Source: Dendrobates tinctorius (Eukaryota). Taken from it: a stretch of 64,000 nt of DNA. The stretch covers positions 27,714,001 through 27,778,000 of the forward strand of contig NW_027361687.1 of the NCBI RefSeq assembly GCF_039654945.1, written 5' to 3'. Made by a program: the position numbers and the translations under genes. Positions 28,001 through 41,669 of the stretch are shown here, one piece after another (position 1 is the first letter of the stretch; each line of letters begins with the position of its first letter). The notes under the pieces were generated by a model. It had not been told where the DNA came from. It did no database searches and saw nothing but the letters and a program-made list of their open reading frames with translations.

Positions 28001-28853
28001 AAAAATTAGGCACTGACCCCTCATTGTTCTCGAAGTATTCCATCAATCCGGCTTCCAGTTTGTCTCTGTAGGGAGCCCTCTTGAGGAGGGACTCATTGAG
28101 CCTCCAGTGGCAGACTCTTGTACGTGGGATTGTCTGGTTTAGGGTGAGAGTCATTGGCGCGTGGTCTGACCACGTTATTGCACCAATATCCACATTGCTC
28201 GTCAATCTAAGGGTCTGAATGTTGCCAAAGAAAAAATCGATCCTGGTGTGTGTGTCATGAGGGGGGGAGTAGAAGGTAAAGGTTTTTTCTGAGGGATGTT
28301 TAACTCGCCATAGATCAAATAAGGCAAACCTGCGGATCAGTCTTCGAAAGGCAGCTGTCAATTTACGTTGAGACGGGCTCGACAATTGATTGTTAATGGT
28401 CAACCTGTCCAATGAGTCAGAGAAAATAGTGTTAAAATCTCCACCCACAATCCACGCTGAGGAGGGGAGGCGTGTTAATTTGAGGAGTACCCGGTTCAAA
28501 AAGAGGACCTGGGAGGTATTAGGGGCGTAGATGTTACACAGAATAATTGGAACTTCCTTATATGACCCTTGTAGGATAAGGTACCTACCCTGTGGGTCTG
28601 CCAGGGAGGTAGTAACTTGGATGGGACAGGTCCTTGATATCAAAATCGCCACACCGGCTTTTTTCCTTTCCTGGGAGGCTAAGAAAATTGTGGGATAAAG
28701 GTGTTTAGCGAAATTGCAGTTCCCATTGAGATTCAGGTGTGTTTCCTGTAAGAAAACCACATCAGCTCGCTGGGTCCGCATCTCACCAAGCGCCATTCGT
28801 CTCTTAATGTTTGCGTTTAAACCCTTAACATTTAGTGTTAAAATTTTAACCAT
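25048..28853 (-). pseudogene. L1 ORF2 (APE endonuclease, RT, CCHC) with a single 2-nt frameshift at ~26340
   Basis: MVKILTLNVKGLN, LQETH, GGDFN, SDHAP; [27 protein letters not shown]; C-terminal CWRC...HIFWVC. The break lies in a (TG)n run; removing 2 nt gives a 1267-aa ORF. Confidence 0.92.
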
Positions 28854-29579
28854 ATTTTAGGTTGTAGTAGCAGAAAGCAAAATTAGCATTACATACAGAG
28901 ACCAACCGGGTATTGCCCATCTCAAAATTGCCTGATGGCCCACGATGGATGGCTCTCAAAGAGGTACAGAAGATTCCCTCACCACAATCAGGGTAGACAC
29001 ATAAGGAATGGGAGAAGACATTTACAATACACACAACACATAGATCACAACATTTACATGTCACAAATATTACCAGAGAGGAGTGAAGCCACAGGCGAAA
29101 GCCTTCTCCGCTACCGTCCTCTCCGGCCAGGGTCAGAGAAAAAAAGATTGGCATAACGTAAAACTTTACCAATATCTAAACCCTGACCTCCTTTACCAAC
29201 TCTTCCGTAGGAGGAACCAGGGTAACTCTAACCCTTAAAAGGGGGTCTGTAGCTATGGACACACTGCTATCACAGTCAGTGTCAAAAGCTAGATTCTAAA
29301 CATTTAAGAGAGGGGAGTGTTCAATTCTCACCGCCCTAGCAGCAAGCCAATGCAAATAGTGTGAGGAGTCTTAACCAGATATATTATCATAAAAGAAAAA
29401 GAAAAAAGTGAACAGCTACTTATGAAAGAAAGAACCAACCAAAGTCCCTATAATAAACTGGGGAGGGCACAAGATCCCCCACCAACTGCCCCCCAAGGGG
29501 GGACTCCAGCTTGAAACCAGAGATTCAAACACAGGGCTCCAGTTCCCAGAAGGAAGAAAAAATATGAAAAATTGTTATC

Positions 29580-30696
29580 TCAGGTCGGAGCCGGTCGTGC
29601 CTTAGGTCGTGATGAGGGAGATCCCCCCCTAGAGTCCACCTGTTGCCAAACCGGACGGAGTGGACTGGACGGCATCTCCAATTCCCAGTCCACCAGGGAG
29701 GGCGGAGGAACCCCCAGGTCAGTGCAGAAGGCTGGGAGGTCCCGAATAGATCGAAGCACTACCGTACGACCATCTTTTGAGGCTATGAGGGCAAACGGGA
29801 ACCCCCAGCGATATCGGATGCCCTTATCTTTTAAGGATGCAAGTAGTGGCTGCAGATGTCTCCTTTTCTGTAGGGTGATCCAAGATAAATCAGGAAATAA
29901 TTGGATCCGAGTCCCTTGATATTCAATTCTCTCCAAAGCACGGGCTTTAGCCATAATAGACTCTTTTAATTGGAAGTCATGGACACAGCAAATAATGTCA
30001 CGAGACTGATTTTGCGGCCCCCTGGGGCGTAATGCTCTATGTGCTCTGTCCAATTTTATCCTTTGAGTTGTGGGGCACTCCAGTACAGTGTTGAATATGG
30101 TTTCAAGTATGGCATGGACATCCTCATTACCCGTGGCCTCAGGGACGCCTCTCACTCGGATATTATTACGGCGTCCTCTGTTGTCCAGGTCTTCCAGATG
30201 TTTGTTAGTTTCACTCAGAGCCTGAGCATAAGAAGTCACGTTCTTTTGTAGTTTGATGATGTACTGTCTAGTAGCATCGTGATCCCTTTCCATTGAGTCC
30301 ACTCTGTCTGCTAGTAGCCCAACATCTTGGCGGATTGAGTTAATCTCTGACTTACAGGTTTCTTTTACTTCTGAGATCAGGGATTTGAAGTCCTCTTTGG
30401 TAGGGAGGAGATCCAGATACTTCTTCAATCCTCTGTGGTCAAAATGGTGTTCCATCTCTCCCGACTCAGTCTCTGATGGGGAGTCACGCGACCCCCCCCC
30501 CCCCCCCGTCCTCCTGCTGTGACACCAGAGCAGACAGTGAGGGCGTAGAGTCCAGGTCCATACCCACTGGGCCCGACCACGTAGTTTTATTTTACGCTTG
30601 AGTGCCTTTATGGATTGATTGTCGTTGTGACTTTGGTGGCATGGGGTCACTCGCAACACAGTCTCTCTTAGTAAGAAACTTGTCCAAAGGGGTCAT
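29580..30696 (-). pseudogene. L1 ORF1 (coiled coil, RRM, CTD)
   Basis: LEDLDNRGRRNNIRVRGVPE, LDRAHR, LFPDLS, YRWGFPF motifs; probable true start MTPLDKFL at 30696, with one stop and a shift in a G homopolymer (~30500). Confidence 0.85.
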
Positions 30697-31016
30697 AAAC
30701 GGCTGCCCCCTTCTTAATCTGTATGACCAGCTTGAACCTCGTCTCCTCCTCAGCCCCGCCAGGTCGTCCCCTAGTCCGTGCAATGTATTATATCTCCTTT
30801 CAATATTATTTATTGATGTAAAACCGTTAAAATTATAGCTGTCCACTTATGTCCTCCATCTGGGCGGAAAGGCAAGTCTCCCCTCTACGCAGACATTATA
30901 CAGGGGTGTATATCTCCTCCATGGCTCTTTCTCGTAGTAATTTCTTTACAACAGGCTATTATTTCGATGACCACTAGATGGCAGTAGAGTATAAGGCAAA
31001 AAGAGAGCCTTTCCTG

Positions 31017-31055
<39 letters not shown>

Positions 31056-33386
31056 GCAACTGCAGCCCAGTTTCCCGCTCCCTTCTTCTTCAGCTATCAG
31101 AGCTTGCAAAATGGCGTCGCCCACATGGAGCCCCGGGGTCCCGAGGGGGGCGCAATCGCCGCCGTTGCACCTCTGGAGCACAACCACTTTGTCACTTGGA
31201 GATGCCTCCTTCTCCTCAGGGACACTATCTCTCCCGTGTCTGAACTGGGACAGCACTGAAGGTAAGACCCAGGGCTGCACCCTGACTATGTGGAGGTGCT
31301 ATAAGAAGGCCTTACCTCCACTGTTTCTCTGTGCGTGCTAGGAGCAGTCCCACGGGTATAGTTCCGATCTCAGTGTTCTGCTTGAAGCCCTCCTGGAGTT
31401 ATTCTCCCAGCCCAGGTCTGTGTCCAGAACCCGGGGTGATAGCCAGGGAACCTGGCTTGCCCCTCGCCGGCCACCTAGGTGTGCTGAATCCTACAGGTAT
31501 CTTCCAGGGTAGCAGGGGAACCAAGTCAGGATGTTTTGCAGCAAATTGTAAAGTTTAAAGAGGAAGTTTCGTGTTCTAAAAGCAGGAGCCCAAGTGAAGT
31601 GCTTCTTCCCTGTTAGGTGCCCAGGCCACGCCCCCCCCTTGGCTTTTTACCCATTTTGTTACATTACATAACAATTGGTGTTTTAGTATTTTTGTATTCC
31701 GATTTGTGTGAGAGACATCAGCTCTTAATAGTTGGTGAGGTGGGAAAAATATAGGCATACATTTAAATTTATGGGATCAAATAACTAAAAATTGGCATGT
31801 GCATATGTATTAACCCCTTTTTGCTATGAAGCCCATAACATTTCTGGTGCAAGCAATTCCCTCCATAAGTCCCATGCTTAGTGACAGGACGTTCTCCCTG
31901 TCTGCAATCTAAGTGTCACATGTCTGTCATTGTATACGCTTTACCTTTTCTGAAAGGCCACAGAGGCTGCAATACCATTAACAAGAGGCACCAATAACCA
32001 AACACCATGAAGACTAAGATCTCCAAACAGCACCAAGAAGAGCAAGGAGATCTCCAAACACCATAAAGACCAAAGAGACCGCCGAACACCATGAAGACCA
32101 AGGAGATCTCCAAACAAGTTACAGACAAAGTTGTTGAGAAGTACAAATCAGGGTTGGGTTCTAAAAGAAAATCACAATCTGTAATGATTCCCCAGAGCTC
32201 ATGAAATCCATTATCATCAAATGGAAAGAACATGGTACCACAGCAAACCTTCCAAGAGAGGGCCGCCACCAAAACTTTCATCCTGGGCAAGGAGGGCATT
32301 AATCAGAGAGGCAGCACAGAGACCAAAGGTAACCTTGAAGGATTTACAGAGCTCCCAAGCAGAGACTGGAGTATCAATAAGCCCTACACTCCATAGAGAT
32401 GGCCAGAAAAAAAACCTTTACTTACACAAATTGTAAGGCTTGTTTTGAGTTTGCAAAAAGAGGTGGGAGACTCTCCAAATGTGTGGCGGTAGGTGCTGTG
32501 TTCAGATGAGACCAAAATTGAACTTTTTGTCCCCAAGGTAATCACTATGTCTGCCTCCAAACCAACACAGCTCATCACCCCAAGAACACCATCCTCATAG
32601 TGAAACATGGTGGTGGCAGTATCATACTATGGGGATGTTTTTTGTAAGCAGGGACAGGCAAACTACTCCTAGTCAAGGGGAAGATGGATGTTGCAAAATA
32701 CAGGGATATTCTTGAGCAAAACTTATTTCAGTCTGTCAGTGATTTGGGACTGGTTCACCTTCCTACAAGGCAATGACCCAAAACATACTTCTAAAACAAC
32801 ACAAGTGGTTTTAGGGGAAACATGTAAATGTTTTGGAGTGACCTAGTCACAGCCCAGACCTTAATGCAATTGAGAATCTGTGATCAGACTTGAAGATTGC
32901 TGTTTACCAGAGGAAACCATCTAACCTGAAGCAGCTGGAGCAGTTTTGCCTTAAGGAATGGGCAAAAATCCCAGTGGCAAGATGTGGAAGCTCAAAGAGA
33001 CTTATCCAAAGTGACTTGCAGCTGTAATTGTCACAAAAGGAGGCTCTACAAAGTACTGACTCTGGGGGTGAATAGTTATGCACACTGAAGTTTTCAGTTG
33101 ATTTGTTATATTTGTTTAATTTGCAATAAAAGGAAGGCATGTTCTTTACATGGACTGATGTAAACCCTCAAAAAACAAGAACGAAATTCCAGGTCGTGAG
33201 GCAACAAAACGTGAAAAAATGGCAAAGTGACAAATACTTTCGCAAGTCATTGTATAAATAAGATCATAAAAATATTTAATGAATGTGAAATTACATTTTC
33301 AATAGTCACTAAGAAATAATTGGCGCTGGAAATTGTGGAGTCAGACATGCATGCAGTATAATTGTTCATCTTCTTACATGCATATA

Positions 33387-34514
33387 CCGTATTCTTCGCT
33401 TTATAAGACGCTCCAGATTATAACACGCACCCCAAATTTTTAGGAGAAAAAAAAGAAATTTATTTATTTTTTTTAATAAAATGGTGGTGCTTTTTATAAT
33501 CCATGCATCAACTTATTGCTTACCGGGGGTGGTGGCTGGGGTGAAGCGGGGTCCCATGGTCGCTGCTGGAGGAGGCAGGAGAGGAGTGCTGCTGCAGGGT
33601 GAGATGAGGTGCTGTCCAATGTGCAGTGCGCCGCTGCGGGTGTCCGATGCTGCAGGTGTCCCCAGAGGCACTGCTGCCCGGGGTCTCTGCTGCTTTTGCT
33701 GCCCGGGGTCTCTGCTGCTGTTGCTGCCAGGGGTCTCTGCTGCTGTTGCTGCCAGGGGTCTCTGCTGCTGTTGCTGCCAGGGGTCTCTGCTGCTGTTGCT
33801 GCCAGGGGTCTCTGCTGCTGTTGCTGCCAGGGGTTTCTGCTGCTTTTGCTGCCAGGGGTCTCTGCTGCTTTTGCTGCCAGGGGTATCTGGCGCTGCTGCC
33901 CGGGGTCTCTGCTGCTGCTGCCCGCCGCTGCCCAGAGTGTCCGAGGCCGCCACTGCTTGGGATTTCGGCTGCTGCTGCCTGCCGCCGCTGCCCGGGATAT
34001 ACGCCGCTGCAGGGGGCTCTGTCGACATTTCTTGAAAGACCAGAGCCCCCTGGAAGTTCCGCAGTTTCAGCCTGTGCGTGTGGACTCCAGTAAAATGGCT
34101 GCCGACGCATGCGCAGATGGAGATCTCAGCATGGAGATGAGGATGAGATCTGAGCACTGAAATCTCATGTCCCGAGATTTTCGTCTGCGCTTGCACAGGA
34201 GGAAACCACAGAGCTGCCGGGGCGGCTCTGGCCTTTCACGAAATGTCGGCAGAGCCCCCCCTCCCGCAGCGACGGACATCCCGAGCAGTGGCGGTAGCGG
34301 ACGCGAACACCCTGGGCAGCAGCAGCGGACATCTCAGGCAGCGGCGGCGGGCAGCAGCAGCGCGACGGCAGCGCACACCCCCTCATCCCAGTCTGCAGCT
34401 ACGGTATGGGTAAGCGGAAACTGGTATATTGGCTTTGTAAGACGCACTCCCATTCCCCCCCCCCCCCCAAATTTGGGGTAAAAAAAAGTACGTCTTACAA
34501 AGCGAAAAATAAGG
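33387..34514. mobile_element. pogo/Tc2-like non-autonomous element with internal 25-bp minisatellite
   Basis: TA-CCGTATTCTTCGCTTTATAAGACG...CGTCTTACAAAGCGAAAAATAAGG-TA; GCTGCCAGGGGTCTCTGCTGCTGTT repeats at ~33670-33920. Confidence 0.78.
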
Positions 34515-34814
34515 TAATTTATGTGATTATGATCTATATAGCTACCTCCAAATCTGTAAGGGTTTAAGTGGATTCTGCTTTCAGAAAACCCCTGATGCAT
34601 TTAAACCCTCCTCGGGTGTCTTTTATTGTCTGCAGCACTGTTGTCACGTCAATCAAAAAGAAAAAACTTGATTGTGTTGCAATTTTCCAAGACCCATAAT
34701 GTTTTTGATTTTACTGACAATCTATGCTTTGGGACTGTTAGTTCTTTTTTCAGGGCAAACAAACGTTTTTATTGATGCCATTTTGGGATGGAATGACATT
34801 TTTATTGCTAATTA

Positions 34815-34845
<31 letters not shown>

Positions 34846-36430
34846 GCGGCATTGCAGGGACCAAAAAAACCCACAACTTTGGCGGTTATTTTTATTATCT
34901 TTTTAGAGTGTTTATCGATTACTTTTATATTTTGACAGCGATGATGCGTGTATTTTTAATTAATATATTTATTTTTTTAATAGAGGAGAAAGGGAGTGAT
35001 TTCAATTTTTATTTTTTATTTTTAAATTTTTAGTCCCGTTATTTGAACCGGATGACTTATGCTATATCTAGCAATACTTTACTATCGCTGTATACAGTAA
35101 AATGCATAGCCTCTAACTTCAGCAGATCACAGGCTGTCATAGCAATCTGTAGGCATCATGTGCTCACTTCACGGAGGGTGGAGGAGATGGGTGTTGAAAG
35201 GCATTTAAGTGTTTAATAGTAGTGGGCCGAGCTCTACTCCACCCGCAGCTTTTAGAGGTAGATCTTGGCCGTGTAAGACACTCTCAACTGTGTTGCTCCC
35301 ATGAGTGTTTTAACATTTTTTTCTCTTTTGAAAAACCCACCATTGTGTTCCAGAGATGTGGGCCTTTTATTTGGCGCTAGTTTTTCCTCTTAGCAAGAGG
35401 CATGGCTCACAGGATCCTCCGGGGAGTGTCTTTAGGCTACACTGCATTATTACCCTGTGAGCCACGCCTTTCAAAATCAGCATTAAACTAAAAGGCTGGA
35501 ACCGTATGGCAGGATTTGGAAAAAACAAAAACGGAGTACTCTGGGAGAAGCGCCAATAAAATAATAAACAAAAACTGGTCACTTTTGACCTGGTAGAGGT
35601 CCTGTTAAAGACCATTTTAGTACAACCTTTCCACCCTAACCCCAGGACTTGATGATACTTTGCACAAAGATAAAAAAAGGTCATCATGCTTCACCCACTT
35701 AGGAATAACACAGTACCCTCCGGTTTCCCCAGAGTTTTCCTTCTAGGGCTGGAAAGGGTTGTCCCCTCTTAAACTAAATGTTCTGTCTCGATAAAATAAT
35801 AAAGCTTATACTCCCCTCTTGTTCCCTCGGTGACTGCACTCGCGGTCCCGGGGCTGTGATGTGGTGGAATGACGTGATGCCGGTTGCCCAAGCAGTGGTG
35901 GCATCGCTGTCTACCCCTTTGGACAAACTGAACATGAAGAGGAAGTCAGGGGTCAGCTGCAGCCTGGTCACACCGCATCACAGCCCCGGGGAGAGTGACT
36001 GCCGACACCGCGGGAACGAGAGGCGAGTATAGGATTTAATATTTTCTCGGGGCTGAACATTTAGTTTAAGAATGGGTTGTCGTAGTGGACAATCCCTTCA
36101 ATCACGTCCACATTTCAGAGTGCAGAAAAAACACCCTGGTGGTAGAGCCATCGCAAAGAGATAACAAACCCACTTCAGGAAAAAGATCGTAGACACCTTG
36201 TGCACATAGCCTTAGGAAAACGACCTCATGTTCAATTTTGATTCATTTGTGCATGACTTGATCAAACTCAGCCATTCAAGTCTATGGGAGCAAAGGTGGG
36301 TGGGGAGGGAATACGATCCATTCTTCATAGATCCTATTTTGCAAACTCCCAAATCGGACCGCGTAATGTGAATGTGCTTCCTTATTTCATGTCTTTATGG
36401 TCATTGTCTTCTGTTGCTCGCTTACTGCAG

Positions 36431-36511
36431 GACCTGGATGATGATGAGTTTGATGTGGGGAAGCCAAAGAAGCAGCGAAGAACGATAGTAAGAACCACGT
36501 CCATAACTCGG
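36431..36511 (+). CDS. PACS2: PACS2 coding exon (exon 7 equivalent; basic NLS-like PKKQRR)
   Basis: ctgcag|GAC CTG...ACT CGG|gtcgg; [27 protein letters not shown]; 81 nt. Confidence 0.95.
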
Positions 36512-37722
36512 GTCGGTTTACTTTACTTACACTAACTTGGAAGGGTTGTGGCGTAAACTCCGTCAGCCATTATTGTGTCCTGCGCTCGTCATCCCTGCAG
36601 CCTGATTAACTTGGTTTTAAGCGGACATGTCATTGTGCGCCCATGTTCTGCACCTCCTCTGCACTCGGTGTGACAGGCACATCTCAGATCCCGTTGTAAT
36701 TCCCAGTAGTAACTTAACAGATGTACACATGGTCCATATTTTCCTCTAACACTGTACGACCTCTTGTTGTGGCTCTGGTGTTCAAGGACTGAAGATTGCA
36801 CTATTCTTGCAGACTTTAATGGCAGGAAATCATTAGCAACTCCCCTACTCAGTTTTTAGAGATCATTGTGGATTTCTAAGTATTGCTGGTACTTACTTAT
36901 TATAGTGCTCTCTCTTATTATCTTCATTCCCTTTTGGAACATCCACCTAATGTTGCCCAGTTTAATGGACACACATGCTTAGTAGATCCTAATGACCTCA
37001 GATGGCAGACTGACTCCTGCCGTCACTCAGGACAGCCAATAGGAAGCTGCCTTTTCCCATTCTGGACGGGACGTCAACACTCGGAGTGAGCACACTAGCC
37101 CCGGCGAAACCATGACTAGTCCCCAATGCAACACTGTCAGATGATTGGAAGGTTGTGCATCCTGTTGAAGGATCGAGTGTCCTCTGTTCACTCTACACAC
37201 CTTTCACTCTACTTTTCCACAATGACAAGTCCACTTTAATCAACTAATATCATAAATAACAATTTAATTTTTTATTCATATTTTATTTGTATTTTTATGT
37301 TTCATGCTTCAGTTCACAAAAGTTCATTCCTAACGATGGCTAAAGGAAAACCCGTTGCATGGAAAGTGTATTTTATCCTGCAGGCTTCATGGGCTGAGCA
37401 GATTCATGTATGGTTTTATGGGCATAAATTCTGCATGGTTTATTATTTATCGATCTCAACATCTGCCTATTTTGGGCTTACAGACCACGGGGTGGTCCTA
37501 CAGCAATTAGTTTTGTCAGTCACTCAATAGGACCAAATAGAAAGAAATAGCCAGCTCACCAGAGATCAAGCGCAGAAACTCGGAGCTCCGTGCGGACCAA
37601 CGTCATAGACCATAGAAGGAAAGTTCTGCTCCAGCTGCTATTAAAATCTTCTTTAATGAAAAACCATTAAAACATACAATGGTGAAGACTCTCCATATAA
37701 CCTCACCACAACAGAGATGACA

Positions 37723-37759
37723 GGCTACGCGTTTCGACCAGACGGTCTTTGTCAAAGCC
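37723..37759 (-). ncRNA. Mirror copy of the U3-A8 hammerhead motif
   Basis: Reverse complement of 45586-45622. Confidence 0.62.
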
Positions 37760-39779
37760 ATGTTTGAAATTTGCCTTAGATTAGACATATTATGTAGCTT
37801 AACGAATAAAACATCATATAAAAATCACATGATCACATGAGCCAATCCAATTGGACACATGTAATTAAATACAAAAGCGACATAGAGAGAAAAAAAAAAA
37901 AAAAAGTTTTTTTTCCTCTTTTGAGAAAAAAAAAAAAAAAAGGGGAAATTCAACAATAGTGCAACAATAGATCATGTCTTTTATTGAAACCGTTTGGATG
38001 TCTAGTATTTAAAAATGGTATATCCAAAATGCTTCCCGAGTAAGGAGACATCGCCTGATGTCTCCCCCACGGGATGACAGGTTTACTTTTTCTATTCCCT
38101 GAACTTTAAGGTGTGATGTATTGCGGACATGGCAATCAATAAAATGTTTGGAAACTGCTGAGACATTCCGTATAAAATTATTTGTATTGCTAATATCATT
38201 TAAATGTTCCCTTATTCTTATTTTTAGCTGCCTCGAGGTGCAACCAACATAGGATAAATCACATTGTTCACAATTAATTTTATTCACTATGTTGCTAGAA
38301 TTGCAATTGATATAATTTTTTATTTTAAAACATGAAGTATGATCATTATTAGTGAATTCCTGAGAAATTTGGGCATATTTGCATATTTTACAAATGTTAG
38401 CACCACATTTGTAAAAGCCCTTCACCGTTAACCAGTTTTCTTTAGGCTTGTGATGTGTTAGTGAAAACATGCTGGGGGATAATATACTCCCTAAAGACGG
38501 TGCTTTTCTTGACACCACATTAATTCCTGATGATAAAAAATTTTAACCAATTCATTATCCTGGTGCAGAATGGGTAGAAACTTGTGAACAATATTTTTTA
38601 TAGATGTGAATTGCGGGCTATACTGGAAACATATATAGGGTTTTTTTCCCATAGTTATTGCCTTTTTTTTCCCTTCTGTGCTTGATGCCAGCAAGTCATT
38701 TCAATCTTTGGTTTGCACTATTTTTTGTGCTCTAGTTAGGGTCCATTTTGGATAATTGCGATTTGTCAATTTATTGGTAACATGTGCAAATTCCTCTTGC
38801 AAGGATTCCTCTGAGCTGCAATTACGTTTAACTCTGGTGTATTCACCAACAGGGACTGACCTGATTGTATGTTTTGAATGACTGCTCCTTGCATGTAGCA
38901 CCGTGTTCCCACTGTATGGTTTATGGTGCGTTTTGGTATGAATGACCGCACCATCTGTGCCACTCAAACACAAATCCAGAAATGCAATATTGTTAGAACT
39001 GTAGTTATACGTGAATTTGATATTATAGTTATTAGAATTAATATATTTTATGAAATCTGGTATGGCAGAAATATCTCCACCCCAAATAATGAGGGTATCA
39101 TCGATATATCTACCATACCAGATTAATTGCTTTGAAAAAGGGTTGGCAGTGGAATATATATATTCCATTTCCCAGAATGACATTACAAGATTTGCAAGGG
39201 AGGGTGAGAATTTAGCTCCCATTGCAACTCCTCTAAGTTGCAAAAAAAATTCTCCATTGAACGTGAAGAAATTATGTGACATAAGAAATGCAACTACTTG
39301 TAGAATGTAATTTTGCAGCTCAGATGAAAAATTGCTGTATTTGACAAAATGGAATTGTAATGCTCGTATGGCTATATCATGGAAAATGCACGTGTATAAT
39401 GAAATAACATCACAAGTTAGCCAACTATATTTGGATGACCAAGTTTTTTTGGAGAATGCCCCCAAAACCTGTTTGGAGTCCCTGATGTATCCCGGGGTGC
39501 GCTGCACTAAAGGATGTAACAGCGAATCTACCCACTGACATAAATGCTCATTATTTGAGCCAATGCCCGATACTATTGGGCGCAAAGGTGGAATACCCTC
39601 AGATTTATGGATTTTGGGGACCCCATGTATTATTGGCAAAATGGGATTTTTTACCTCCAAGTATTCTGCTTGACTAGCTGTTAAAATCCCCAAACTGGAA
39701 CTTTCCTTTATTAGAGCACTACTTATTTCCTTAAATCTTATTGACGGGTTATGCGGTAGTTTTTTATAGATGGTACTTA

Positions 39780-40266
39780 GGCCGGTTTCACATTAGCGCT
39801 TTTTAAGCGCACGCACGGCCGGGGGTAGCTCCGCCCCCGAGCCGGCTCTCTGCCCGGCGTGCCCGCCCCTTGCTTGTAGCGCCGCCTCCTAGCGGACAGC
39901 GGCGCCTGCGATCGGCGCACCCTATCTTTAGCATAGGGTGCGCAGATCGTGCGCAGGCCGTGCGCTAGTTGCGCTTTGACCAGCGCTGCGCACTTTTGAC
40001 GGTGCGCCGTGCGCGCCAAAATCGAACTTTTCGGATTTTGGCGCGCACGGCGCACCGTCAATAGTGCGCAGCGCAGGTCAAAGCGCAACTAGCGCACGAT
40101 CTGCGCACCCTATGCTAAAGATAGGGTGCGCCGATCGCAGGCGCCGCTGTCCGCTAGGAGGCGGCGCTACAAGCAAGGGGCGGGCACGCCGGGCAGAGAG
40201 CCGGCTCGGGGGCGGAGCTACCCCCGGCCATGCGTGCGCTTAAAAAGCGCTAATGTGAAACCGGCC
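39780..40266. mobile_element. Palindromic Harbinger-type MITE (487 bp)
   Basis: TIR GGCCGGTTTCACATTAGCG; TTA/TAA flanks; absent at the equivalent site in the other PLE arm. Confidence 0.88.
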
Positions 40267-40359
40267 TAAGTCTGATAATAATTCCATCATTTTTTGAAAA
40301 TAATCAGTGGCATTCAATACCACTACCACTCCTCCCTTGTCTGACATTTTAATGACTAA

Positions 40360-41115
40360 GGCTAGTTTCACACTTGCTTTTTTTTGCAGCGCGTTTTTCC
40401 CGCAAAAAAACGCATTGAAAAAACGCATACAAAAGCATACAACTGCTGCGTTTTTTTTCAAGCATTTTTATGAGCATGCATGAAAAAAACGCAGCGTTTT
40501 TATGCGTTTGTATGCGTTTTTAGTGCGTTTTTACCGCGTTTGCGTTTTTTCCAACATTAGGTGGCCCCTCACACTAACCCAAACCATGACTTTACTAACC
40601 CTGACCCTAACCCTAACCCTTAACCAAACCATACTTAACCCAAACCCTAAACCCTAACTGACCCTAACCCTGACCCTAACCCTTAACCAAACCATACCCT
40701 GATCCTAACCCTAACCCTAAACCCCCTTAACTAACCCTAACTCTAACCCAAACCCCTAAATTCCATTGTCTAAACTAATGGTAAAAAAAAAAACGCATGT
40801 GCAAAAAAACGCGTACATAAGCATGCCAATGCGCACATATGCTCACCATAGACTTATAATGGGTGTCTTGCTGTAAAAAAAACGCATTGCGCGCGCATGC
40901 GTTTTTTTGAGGCAAGTCGGACGCTCAAAAAATGCAACAGGTTGCATTTTGTGCGCCCGAGCGCATACCGCAAAAAAACGCATGCGCGGTAAAACGCGTA
41001 CAAACGCATGTGTATGCGCACATAAGCGCATCCCATGCAAAGTATAGGGGAAAAAACGCATGCGCTATTTAGCGCTAAAATACAGCGAAAAAAAAACGCA
41101 AATGTGAAACCAGCC
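40360..41115. mobile_element. Harbinger-type MITE carrying telomere-like repeats
   Basis: TIR GGCTAGTTTCACA / TGTGAAACCAGCC; TAA TSD; AAAAACGCA motifs; degenerate (CCCTAA)n at ~40573-40760. Confidence 0.88.
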
Positions 41116-41669
41116 TAAATCAGCATTATTTTTCAAATCCTGCAGGATTTTGTGCTGATAATTTGAAAAATTTTTGTTGTTGTTTGATTTATCTTTGGAT
41201 TTCATTTGATCATATAAATGGAGCAAATCCCTCTCTACCATATCCTGAAATTGTTCCATGCAACTAGATCTCGTTTGGGTAAAAATACGGATTTTTTGTC
41301 TCAAAAGCATGTGTCTGTTCACATTGATCATTGCTGGAAAGGGAATGTTCATCTAGATCCTGCAGAGTAACCAGTGCTAACTGTTCCTCAAAATTCATGT
41401 CCACAGACTCATTGTTAGCATCTGAGGGGTGACTAGATAGAGGGACACAATCTGAATTATCAATGTCAAAAAAATGTTTTTTAACTGTCAAATTGCGAAT
41501 AAATTTATTAACGTCCATAATGGTGGAAAACAGATCAAAATCTCGATCAGGGACAAAATTGAGACCCAATGATAATATTTGGGTTTGTTCTTTGGTTAGG
41601 ATAGTTGAAGATAAATTGAGGACATTATTGCAGCTTTTTATTGGTGCCAATATTTTTTTCTCCGAGTTG

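Larger units (their letters stand above)
24774..31633 (-). mobile_element. Full-length L1-clade LINE (~6.9 kb)
   Basis: Poly(A) with AATAAA at 24774-24812; GGGGCGTGGC 5' end; TSD CCCCCTTG (24766-24773, 31634-31641); ORF1 and ORF2 present. Confidence 0.93.
24744..33252 (+). mobile_element. Degenerate Tc1 transposon split by L1 (24744-24773 and 31642-33252)
   Basis: TA-CAGTGGCTTGCGAAAGT...ACTTTCGCAAGTCATTG-TA termini; decayed transposase ~32090-33060 ([37 protein letters not shown]). Confidence 0.85.

Noticed and set aside
33481-34481. Cys/Ala/Gln-rich ORFs
   Set aside because: Translations of a 25-bp GC-rich repeat inside a non-autonomous DNA transposon.
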